NCBI RefSeq assembly: GCF_000142905.1 | Contig: NW_013657645.1 | Coordinates: 124,001 to 188,000 of the forward strand | Direction: 5' to 3' | Length of the DNA: 64,000 nt | Origin: Thecamonas trahens ATCC 50062 | Taxonomy: Eukaryota; Protista; Apusomonadida | Shown here: one piece after another, positions 54,442 to 64,000 of the stretch | Numbering within the stretch: position 1 is the first letter of the stretch | How the letters are laid out: each line of letters starts with the position of its first letter | Translations under genes and position numbers: made by a program | Notes under the pieces: model-generated | Told to the model about the DNA's origin: nothing | Database searches by the model: none | What the model saw: the letters and a program-made list of their open reading frames with translations, nothing else

Positions 54442-56410
54442 ATGCTGAACACCTTTGCTCGTCGTGCTCTTGGCCTCAAGCCCGTTGCTGCCACTGCTGT
54501 TGCTGTACGTCCCCCTCCCCCCCCCCCACACACACACACACGCACACATACATATGCATACACACAGTAGAAAGGGGGAATATATCATTGAATCTGATAT
54601 GGCTATATGGCGACATGGCTAGACATATGACCATGATGATGGGTGGGTAGGTGGGTGGGTGGGTGGTTGGGCGGGTGGGCCAAGGACAACGCGACGCGGC
54701 ACTGTTTTTTCTTCGGTGCGCTCCACCCACCACCCACCACCACCACCACCACCACCAGCATACCCGTTGTCGTCGTCGTCGCCGCTGTCCACACGCACAC
54801 TCTTTCCCATGGCCTTTCCGAAAGGGGAGAAAGAGGGTGGGGGAGGGATGAGCGGGGAAGGGGGGGGGGAAGGTGGTGTGAGAGAGTGACTCACAAGTAT
54901 GGGGAGACTGGTCGCTGAATGGGGGCATTTATTTGGGTGGTGGCGCTGGGTGGTGGGGTCGGTCATACTGCTGCGGCTGCTCATACTGCTGGTCATGCTG
55001 CTGGTCAACATACTGATTATGGTGGGGCTACTCCTCAACCTCGTTCTGCTGATGCTCGTCATCATCCTGCCCTTCATCGTCATGCTGCGGCTCGTGTAAC
55101 TACAGACCCGGTCGATGTCGCTGCTCCGCAAGCGCGTCGAGGAGCTCATCCCCGAGAAGCAGGAGGAGGTCAAGGCCGTCCGCGCCGAGAAGGGCGACAA
55201 GGTCCTGTGCGAGGTGACCGTCGACCAGGCGTACGGTGGTATGCGTGGCGTCAAGTCGCTCGTGACCGAGACTTCGCTCCTCGACCCGCACGAGGGCATC
55301 CGCTTCCGTGGCCTCTCGATTCCCGAGTGCCAGGAGCAGCTGCCCAAGGCTGCCGGTGGCGACGAGCCGCTGCCTGAGTCGCTGTTCTGGCTCCTCATGA
55401 CCGGCGAGGTCCCGACCCAGGCCGAGGCCGAGTCGCTCACGGAGGAGTGGAACGCCCGCTCTGAGGTTCCGGAGCACATCAACAAGATCATTGACTCGTT
55501 CCCCAAGACCCTGCACCCGATGTCGCAGCTCGTCGCTGCCATCGGCGTCCTCCAGGAGGGCTCGCTCTTTGCCAAGGCCTACGCCGACGGTGTCCACAAG
55601 TCCAAGTACTGGGAGACCACCTACGAGGACTCGATGAACCTCATTGCTAAGCTGCCGAACATCTCGTCGCGCATCTACCGCAACACCTACCACAACGGCG
55701 ACGTCATCGCCTCGCCCGGTGAGGACTGGGGTGCCAACATTGCCGCCCAGCTCGGCTACGACTCGCACGAGGTCAAGGAGCTGATGCGCCTGTACATGTT
55801 CCTCCACTCGGACCACGAGGGCGGCAACGCATCTGCGCACGCCACCCACCTCGTCGGCTCGACCCTTTCGGACCCGTACCTCTCGTTCACCGCGGGCGTC
55901 ACCGCCCTCGCCGGCCCGCTCCACGGCCTCGCCAACCAGGAGGTGCTCCGCTGGCTCAACGTCGTCATCGACGAGGTCGGCGGCCTCCCGGTCTCGGACG
56001 AGAAGCTCACCGAGTACATCTGGGACACCCTCAACTCGGGCCGCGTCGTTCCGGGCTACGGCCACGCCGTCCTTCGCACCGACGACCCGCGCTACACCTG
56101 CCAGCAGCAGTTCGCCCTCAAGCACATGCCCGAGGACCCCAAGTTCAAGCTTGTCAAGCAGCTCCACGAGCTCGTCCCGCCCATCCTCACCTCGATCCCC
56201 AAGATCAAGTCGGGTGCCGCCAACGTCGACGCTCACTCGGGTGTCCTCCTCACCCACTACGGCCTCACCGAGGACAACTACTACACCGTTCTCTTTGCCA
56301 CCTCACGCGCCCTCGGTGTCCTCGCCTCGCTCACCTGGGACCGCGCTCTCGGCCTCCCGCTCGAGCGCCCGAAGTCGTACACCACCGAGTGGATCAAGAA
56401 CAACATGTAG
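54442..56410 (+). CDS. CS: mitochondrial (eukaryotic-type) citrate synthase (exons 54442-54504, 55106-56410)
   Basis: Presequence [21 protein letters not shown]|[62 protein letters not shown]. Confidence 0.97.
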
Positions 56411-56508
56411 ATCGTGTGTACGGTCACGTAGCTTTTCCAGTACATCCTCTGCTTCTCCGCCCTTGCTCCTGCTCCTCTCCCCTTCCCGTCCACACATGCT
56501 CGGCTTTG

Positions 56509-58157
56509 TTACTCCACTCGCTCCATCTTGGCCGCCGCCCACTCGCCGCCGGCCATCACCGCCTCGATGTCGTCGACCTCGCGCGGAACAAGGGTCAGGT
56601 TCTCGATGCCATCGCTCGTCACCACCACATCGTCCTCAATCCGCACACCGCCAAAAGTCCGGTACGCCGCGAGGCCCTCCTGGTTGATGAACCGGGCCTG
56701 CTCCGGCGTCGCCAGCGCCTTGTCCAGCGCGCAGTCGATAAAGTACACGCCGGGCTCCACAGTCACCACCATGTTCTCCTCCAGCACCCGCCCCATCCGA
56801 AGCGAGGCCAGGCCCGGGCGGCTCGACCGGCTCTCACCAGCAAGGTACCCGCCCACGTCGTGGGTGTCGATGCCGAGCAGGTGGCCGAGGCCGTGCGGCA
56901 TAAAGGTCGACGCCAGGCACGCGTCCATCATCTCGTCGACCGAGCCAACAAGAATGCCCGCCTCCACCAGGCCCTCCAAGATGGTCCGCTCGGCAAGGAG
57001 GTGCATGTCCGGCCAGCTCACGCCTGGCCGCATGGCATCCTCGACAGCCTTGACCGACGCCAGCACAATGTTGTAGATCGTCTTCTGCTGCTCCGAGAAC
57101 TTGCCGTTGGCCGGGTACGAGCACGTGATGTCCGCGCCATACCGCGCGTACTCGCCGCCCATGTCAAACAGCAGCATGTCGCCGTCGCTAATCGGCGCGT
57201 CGTTGGGAGCGCCGGCGTGCCCGTAGTGCAGCACCGCAGCGTTGGTCCCGGCCCCGCAGATGCACGTGTAGCCCACGTGCCGGTGGCCGCCGTAAAAGTA
57301 GCAGTGGTGCATAAAGAGCGACTCGGCCTGGTACTCGTACATCCCGGGCTTGACCTTCTTCATCAGCTCGACGTGCGCTTCCGACGACACCTTGCACACG
57401 TACCGCATCACCTCCAGCTCCGCAGGCGTCTTCACCGCGCGCAGCTGGATCATGGTCTGGTGCAGGACCTCGGACTCCACCGCAGCGCCCACGTCAGCCA
57501 GGCCATCAAAGCTGGCCCCGACCACCGTCGATCCAGAGTCGGTGTTGACTCCCGAGAGGACGTGGATCTTGCGACCTTCGGCATCCGCACCGACAATCGG
57601 CTCACCACCGGCCGAAGGCGTGAGCAGCGCCGCAGGGAGCTCGTCGACGTAGCGGACCTCGTCGACGGCGTAGAGGGCGGCAAAGGCGTCCGGACCCTGA
57701 ATGGGGCCCATCCACACCGCGTACGACTCGGGCAGCGCGGAATGTACAGAATGGCCTTGCCGGTATCGATCTCGATGGCACCGTAGACATCCGGTTCGCG
57801 CACACCAAAGGCCCAATGGAAGAACGACTCCTGGCGGAAGACATCCTCGTGATCGGTCGAGTAGTGGAGGACATCGGCCGAGCCGCCGCCCTGGAGCAGG
57901 ACAATGTCATGTGATCCGACACGAGAGTCTTCGCGGAGGGCAGCCACAAGTCGCGCACGGTTCGCCCCATGCAGATCAGCCATGTTGATGCGGAGCGTGT
58001 TGTGCCCACGCCAGAAAACAGGCTCCACAGCTCCACTCTCCTCGCTCCGCACCACAATGGACGCTGCCTCTCCGGGGCGACCAGCCGTGGCCTTGGCCGG
58101 CACGCTTGTCATCGTCGTCGTCGTCGTCGTAGTGGTAGTAGTCGTAGTTGCGGACAT
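56509..58157 (-). CDS. PEPD: Xaa-Pro dipeptidase (prolidase, M24B); frameshift near 57735
   Basis: [78 protein letters not shown]. Confidence 0.95.
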
Positions 58158-58506
58158 AATCAAGGTTCTTGCGAATGTACGTATGTATGTCTGTCGGTCA
58201 GTCTTCTTTGGGGAAGATAATGTTAAGTGTGCCCATCTCCCACGTCCCTTCCGACGCTGTCCTTGCTCGCCCTCTGTGTCTGTGTCTCGGTCGGTCTGTG
58301 TGTGATCGAGCTGGTGGCGATCGACCCGTTTTCGCAACGCACGTCACGCCCTCGTCACACAGCGCAAGAGCTCATTGGACGCGGAGCAGAGACGGCGGGG
58401 GGAGGGGGGGGGGGGGGAGTGGAAATCGAGGAATTTGCATGGTGGGCTAGGCGAGCGCGATGTGGCGCGGGAAGAAGAACTCGTCGGTGTTAACTGATTA
58501 GCTTGG

Positions 58507-60904
58507 TTAAAGACGGCCGACGTACTCGACGCCGAGAAGGTCAAAGGTCGAGGCCATCATGGTCAGCGCGGCACGCACAATGAGCAGGCGCGACTTGGAG
58601 ACCTCGATGTCGTCGAGATCAACGACCTTGCAGTGGTGGTAGAACTCGGAGAAGGCGGTGGAGAGATCGTAGAGGAGCTCGCACAGGCGCGACGGGAGGA
58701 GGGTCTCGAGCACGTACTCGATCTCCTCGGCGAAGCGGGCGATGGTAAAGGCAAGGCGCTGCTCGGACGGATGGGTGAGGATGAGGTCGGCGGCGCCGGT
58801 GGCGGCCGAGGCAGCAAAGAAGGCGTCAACGTCGAGGACCGACGAGAGGCGCTCGGTGCCAACGCGCAGGATGGAGCACATGCGAGCGTAGGCGTAGAGG
58901 AGATAGACCGCAGTGTTGCCGCGGGTGTCAAGCATGCGCTCAAAGGAGAACATGTAGTTGTTGAGGCGGTTGCAGCGGAGGTCGGCGTACTTGATGCACC
59001 CGTGGCCGATGGCATCTGAGGCCTTGCGGATCTCAGCATCGTCCATCGACTCGGCCTCGCGGGCGGCGGCGGCCTCTTCCTCGGTAAGCTCACCTGCAGC
59101 AAGCTGCTCGTCGATCTTGGCGAGCCGCTCGTCAAGCTTGGAGCGGACGAGCTTCTCGGCACCCTCAACGGCGGTGTCGAGGAGGTCGACAAGGCGGACC
59201 ACGTCGCCGGAGCGGGTCTTGAACTTCTTGCCGTCCTCGCCGACGACGACGCCAAAGCCGACGTGCTCGACGCGCTTGTCGTCGGCCGAGAAAAGGCCCA
59301 TGTGCTGGCCGCCCTTGTAGATGCACTCGAGGTGCGAGGCCTGGCCCGAGTCAACAACGTACAGGATCCAGTCGGCCTTCTCCACATCGAGGCGGTACTT
59401 GAGAGCCGCAAAGTCGGTGGTAGCGTAGGTGTACCCGCCGTCGGCCTTCTGCACAATGAGCGGCTTGGGCGGCGCGTTGGGCTCGCGCGGGTTGACGATC
59501 CAGAAGCAGAGCGCACCGTTGTCCTCGGCAAGGACCGAGTTGTCGAGCGAGGTCTGCGCCGCGACCTCGGCCGCAAAGGCGTCACGCCGCTCCTTGATGG
59601 CCTCAGCGTCCTCGTCCTCACCTGAGGTAAAGGTGCCGACAAGCGGAATGCGCTCCTTGATGAGCTCGACAGTGTCGGCAAGCTGGTCGTGGTAGAACGA
59701 CTCGCCCTTCTCGTGGGTCGTCACCTGAAGGCGGTCGTAGATGCGCTGGAACTCGACGCGCGAGACCTCGCAGATGAGGTTCCACGCCTTGAGCGACTCC
59801 TCGGAGCGCGACTGGAGGGCAACGACCTCCGAGTACGCGCGCTGGGTAAAGTCCGGCTCGGCATCGAACCGCGCCTTGGCAGCACGGTAGAAGGCCTGCA
59901 GGTCCGAGATGTTCGGCGGGTTGTCCACAAAGTTGGGGTGCTCGTCCTTGAGATGGGCAATGAGCATGCCAAACTGGGTGCCCCAGTCGCCGACGTGGTT
60001 CGTCCGCGCCACGTCAAAGCCGCAGAACTCGAGAATGCGCGAGATCGACTCGCCGATGATGGTCGACCGCAGGTGGCCGACGTGCATCTCCTTGGCAATG
60101 TTGGGCGAGGAAAAGTCGATGACCACCTTGACCGGCTTGACCTCGGCCGGCGGCGCAACCTTGCCGGTTCCGGCGATGTTGCGGAGCTCGCGGACGAGGA
60201 ACGAGGTGGCGACACGGAAGTTGATAAAGCCCGGCGGGACAACCTCAACCTTGTCCACCACACCCTCGGTCTCCGGGTACTCGGCGAGCTTGGCGGCAAT
60301 GGCATTGGCCACATCCAGCGGCGACTTGTACAGCGCCGCATCAGCAAAATCGGTCTGCTTCTTGATCATGGCATTGAGACGAAGCGCCACCGAGCACTTG
60401 TACTCGGTATCGCGCTCGGGCACACCCGACGACGCCGCAGCCGGTGCTGCCTCCACGGGCGTAGCCGCCGGCGAATCGGGCGACTCGGCCTCGGCCGCGG
60501 CCTTGTCGCCGCCCTTCTTGCCCTTCTTGCCGCCCTTCTTGCCCTTCTTCCCCTTCTTCTTGGCCTTCTTGGCAGCACCGGTCTTGTCCTACACCACAGC
60601 GCATCATCCAGTTTCCAGTTTCTTCCATAAGTACAGTAGGGGAGGAGGGCGGCGGCGGGGGGGGGAGGGGGGAGGGGGGAGGGAAGGGGCCACTCTGGGA
60701 TGATCCGCCGCCACGGCGGCAAGTTCGTTGGAGGCTCTGTGGGTAGGGGGTATGGGGAAGGATAGGGATATTTCATGGACGTACACGGTTGAGGCTGTTG
60801 TCCCCAGTGTAGAAAGGGAACAGCTCAGAGAGTGCTCGGTTCACAAGCATGTTCAGAGAGCCGAGCATGGAGGTCATGGGCTGAGGCATTGTGCTGTCCG
60901 ACAT
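58507..60904 (-). CDS. RARS: arginyl-tRNA synthetase (exons 60904-60785, 60588-58507)
   Basis: PGFINF, IDFSSPNIAKEMHVGHLRSTIIG (HIGH), NHVGDWGTQFG, KFKTRSG, GNTAVYLLYAYAR. Upstream exon MTSMLGSLNMLVNRALSELFP joined by a GTACGT..TAG intron. Confidence 0.96.
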
Positions 60905-61119
60905 GGTTCGATCGAATCGAAGCAGAGGAATGGTGCCGTGTCAGATTGGTCTCGCCAGCCGGCGACAATCACCTGCGAGATGGACACGCAATGAGAGTGG
61001 GGTGCCGAGGTACACGTTTGATCGGTTTGAGGATGCGGGGGGGGGAGGGGAGGGGAGGGGGGCGGACATATCATGGTACATAGTGGACGCGCGGGGAAGG
61101 GTCCTTGATAGCTCTCTGT

Positions 61120-62001
61120 TCACCAAAAGGCAAAGGGATTGGCTCGCGGCGGACGCTCCTTGAAGGGAGAGGCAAAGGCCGGGCGGCGGGAGGCCGCCGG
61201 CGGCGCTGACGATTCTTCGGCGGGCGCCGAGTGGGAGGCGGCGATGAGCGAGCGGGCTCGGGCGGTGCGCGAGAGAACGCTGCGTGTCGGCCGATGTGCG
61301 CCAAACAGCTGGGCATTACGGAGCTCGGAGCGGTCGTTGCTCGCATCGTCGCCGTTGTCCGCGCCCGGCAGAGCGAGCGGGCGGAGGTTCGGGTCCTCCT
61401 TGATGACAATGGGCCGGTCGAATGGGCCAGCATCGCGGGCGGGCGGTGGGAACTCTTCCGGGTCGCGGACCATGCCAGACTCGGAGAGCAGGACCGAGTG
61501 ATGCAGCGAGCCGCCGCCGCCGCCAAGCATCGACGCGCCGCCGAGCGCCGAGCGCGAGAGCCGCGACGAGGCGTCCAGATCAGCTGTGGCCAACCGTGGA
61601 CGAGCCGGTGTGACCCTTGCCGGTGACGCCACCGCAGCATGCAGCTCATCGGCTCGTGAGCCAGCCAATGCCACCACCGGCGCCGATGCCAGCGGGAAGG
61701 GCGAGCGCGAGAGACCCATGCCTGGTGAGCCCGGGGTGAACGACCGCACGCCACGCCAGCCACGGACAGCCGGGGTAAAGTGCGGGTCAATGACATCATC
61801 TCCAAGATCCACAGATCCAGACCGAGCCCGTCCACCTGGCCCTCCTGAGCCGGAGCCGTGACCCGAGCCACCCGTGGCAGCCACAGGCCCTCGGCTGTCA
61901 CCCCTGCGGCCTCTCTGTGGGGTGGCCGCCACGTACGACGCCACCGACACCGACATCTGTGTCGGTGTCGGTGCACGACGAATCTGACTGGTACTCGACA
62001 T
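61120..62001 (-). CDS. hypothetical S/P/R-rich protein
   Basis: 293-aa ORF, coding-like bias, ends RANPFAFW. No family recognised. Confidence 0.55.
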   Translation of the reverse strand: MSSTSQIRRAPTPTQMSVSVASYVAATPQRGRRGDSRGPVAATGGSGHGSGSGGPGGRARSGSVDLGDDVIDPHFTPAVRGWRGVRSFTPGSPGMGLSRSPFPLASAPVVALAGSRADELHAAVASPARVTPARPRLATADLDASSRLSRSALGGASMLGGGGGSLHHSVLLSESGMVRDPEEFPPPARDAGPFDRPIVIKEDPNLRPLALPGADNGDDASNDRSELRNAQLFGAHRPTRSVLSRTARARSLIAASHSAPAEESSAPPAASRRPAFASPFKERPPRANPFAFW

Positions 62002-62363
62002 CCTCGTCTACCTCTTCCTTCCTATGGCTGGGAATTGGGCGAGAGTGAGGTGGAGGGCGGTGGCCTGGGAGGAGGGGGGGGGGGGGGAGGGCGGTGGCGT
62101 GGGTGATTGCGCGACACGGCGCCAAATGGTGCCAAAGGTGGAAAGCAAATGCGCTGGCTTAGGGGAGGGCGGGACGGCGGAGGGGATCGGATCGGGATGG
62201 GTGGGGATTGGCCTTCGAGTTGGGTTTGCGTGTGTGTGTCGAGGGGGGGGGGGGGGATCGGGTTCAGAGAAAGTGGTCGTGGGCAGTCGGGCAGGCAGCT
62301 GGAGAGGCCATTGGCTCGACACTCAACTCGGGCAGGTAGAGGAGAGAGGCGGAAGAGGAGGAA

Positions 62364-62864
62364 GTGATGATTCGGGCGGTGGCGGGGTCTTGGCGGTGTT
62401 GGCTGCAGGGAGGAGGTGGAAGGAGCTTGGAGATGATCGTCGCCGGCAGAGCGGCGGGCGGCAGAGAAGCGGGACCGAGCAGCGGCAAGCGGCATCGCCA
62501 CAAGGTAGCCGAGGATGAGCTGGAGGAGACGTTTCTGCACGGATCGGGGCCTGGCGGGCAGAAGATCAACAAGACGCAATCACGGGTCCGGCTTGTTCAT
62601 GCTCCTACAGGCCTCACCGTGGTGGTGCAGGACACCCGATCCCGCGAGGCAAACAGAACCATTGCGAGGAAGCGTCTCGCCGACAAGGTCGAAGCCCAGC
62701 TCAAGGGCAACGCGTCGCGGCTCGGGCGAAAGGCCCAGCGGAAGAGGCGGCGAAAGGCCAAGGCTGCTGCTCGTGCACGACGCAAGTACGCCGATGCTGG
62801 CGATGCTGAGGCCGAGCCCGGTCCCGAGCCGCGGACAGACCTGGTCCCACGTCAGGCCGAGTAG
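62364..62864 (+). CDS. mitochondrial ribosome-rescue release factor (RF-1 domain, C12orf65/MTRFR-like)
   Basis: ELEETFLHGSGPGGQKINKT..VRLVHAPTGL.V..QDTRSREANR..ARKRL with a basic tail. Confidence 0.88.
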   Translation: MMIRAVAGSWRCWLQGGGGRSLEMIVAGRAAGGREAGPSSGKRHRHKVAEDELEETFLHGSGPGGQKINKTQSRVRLVHAPTGLTVVVQDTRSREANRTIARKRLADKVEAQLKGNASRLGRKAQRKRRRKAKAAARARRKYADAGDAEAEPGPEPRTDLVPRQAE

Positions 62865-62895
62865 TCGCGTTTATGTGGGCGCGGCGAGAGCGCGG

Positions 62896-64000
62896 CTAAA
62901 GCTTGCTCCGCCTCCCGCCGACGGCAGCACGATCGTCGACGGCGGCAAACGACCTCGGCGCCGGGCCGACGTACAGCTGACGCGGGCGGCCGATGACTCG
63001 TGTCGAGTCGGAGATCATCTCCCGCCACTGCGAGATCCAGCCGACGGTGCGGGCGACGGCAAAGAGGACAGTGTACATGTCGCGCGGGATGCCGAGGGCC
63101 CGGAGAATGATGCCCGAGTAAAAGTCGGTGTTGGGATAGAGGCCGCGGGAGACAAAGTACTCATCCTCGAGCGCCACCTTTTCCAGCTCGAGCGCCAGCT
63201 CCATCAGCGGGTCCTCCCGCTGCAGCTTCCCGAGCAGCTCGTGGCAGTACGACTTGAGGATGCGGGCCCGTGGATCGTACGACTTGTACACCCGATGGCC
63301 AAAGCCCATAAGGCGGAACGAGTCGGACTTGTCCTTAGCGCGCGCCACGGCGGCCGGGATCTGATCCACACTCCCAATCTCCTCGAGCATGCGGATGACG
63401 GCCTCGTTGGCGCCACCGTGGGCCGGGCCCCAGAGCGCGGTGATGCCCGACGCAATGGCCGCGTACGGGTTGGCTTCGGACGAGCCAGCAATACGGACGG
63501 TCGACGTCGATGCGTTCTGCTCGTGGTCCATGTGCAGGATCATCCACACCTCGAGCGCCCGCTCGGCAAGTGGATCGACCACGTACTCGGCGCCCGGCTT
63601 GGCGAAGAGCATGTGCAACAGATTGCCGCAGTGAGAGAGCGCGTCACGCGGGTAGACAAACGGCTCTCCCACCGCAGTTTTGTACGCCATAGCCGCCAGG
63701 GTCGGAAGCTTGGCGATGACCCGATACGCCGCCGCCACCTGATCGCCGGCGTCGAAAACGTCAAGCTTGTCGTGGTAAAACGCCGAGAGCGCCCCGACCA
63801 CGCCGACCATGATAGCCATGGGATGAGCGTTGGAGAGAAAGCCGGAGTAAAAGTGGATGAGCCGCTCGTGAACTCGTCGCTCGGCCACGAGCCGGGCTGA
63901 GTGCAGAGCCTTTGCCTTGCGATCGGGCAAGTCGCCAAAAAGGAGCAAGTACGATACGTCATCAAAGTCGCCATCAGCCGCCAACTCCTCGATGGCGTAG
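62896..64000 (-). CDS. bacterial-type (GltA-like) citrate synthase with C-terminal PTS1 SKL; 5' end outside window
   Basis: NAHPMAI, ILHMDHEQNASTSTVR, LWGPAHGGANEA, RLMGFGHRVYK.YDPRA, LYPNTDFYSG, IGRPRQLY, ends RRSKL*. Confidence 0.93.
   Translation of the reverse strand, partial: YAIEELAADGDFDDVSYLLLFGDLPDRKAKALHSARLVAERRVHERLIHFYSGFLSNAHPMAIMVGVVGALSAFYHDKLDVFDAGDQVAAAYRVIAKLPTLAAMAYKTAVGEPFVYPRDALSHCGNLLHMLFAKPGAEYVVDPLAERALEVWMILHMDHEQNASTSTVRIAGSSEANPYAAIASGITALWGPAHGGANEAVIRMLEEIGSVDQIPAAVARAKDKSDSFRLMGFGHRVYKSYDPRARILKSYCHELLGKLQREDPLMELALELEKVALEDEYFVSRGLYPNTDFYSGIILRALGIPRDMYTVLFAVARTVGWISQWREMISDSTRVIGRPRQLYVGPAPRSFAAVDDRAAVGGRRSKL

Noticed and set aside
54899-55099. Hydrophobic Leu-rich mini-ORF
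   Set aside because: Degenerate repeat inside the citrate synthase intron.

Overview
GC-rich, very gene-dense eukaryotic nuclear DNA from a draft assembly with three N-gaps. Short spliceosomal introns mostly have GTACG[TC] donors and C-rich bodies. The gene set and style suggest a unicellular protist, possibly an apusomonad such as Thecamonas (inference only). About 33 protein genes are supportable. Recognisable ones are Ctr copper transporter, V-ATPase H, UTP15, FAM32A, TMEM33, a Rec8/Rad21 kleisin, a classical PTP, RICTOR, FKBP, YKT6, a carbonyl-reductase SDR, the C-terminal half of midasin, RAMP4, MEA1, Miro, SIRT4, two VWA proteins, RPL19, NmrA-like, mitochondrial citrate synthase, prolidase, ArgRS, MTRFR/C12orf65 and a bacterial-type citrate synthase ending in SKL. 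The most unusual items mostly appear only after manual splicing or reading introns: (1) a UBR-box zinc finger fused to a catalytically dead insulinase (M16A) chamber; (2) an SH3 + ZnF + RanBP2-ZnF + MDM2-type RING E3 with NPF motifs; (3) an intronic C/D snoRNA in RPL19 with two guides for adjacent LSU rRNA sites (yeast Am2946 and Cm2959 equivalents); (4) a single-pass membrane protein with five 33-aa repeats. Eight apparent single-base deletions break otherwise intact genes. They are most likely assembly errors. Family assignments come from recalled motifs; no database searches were run.
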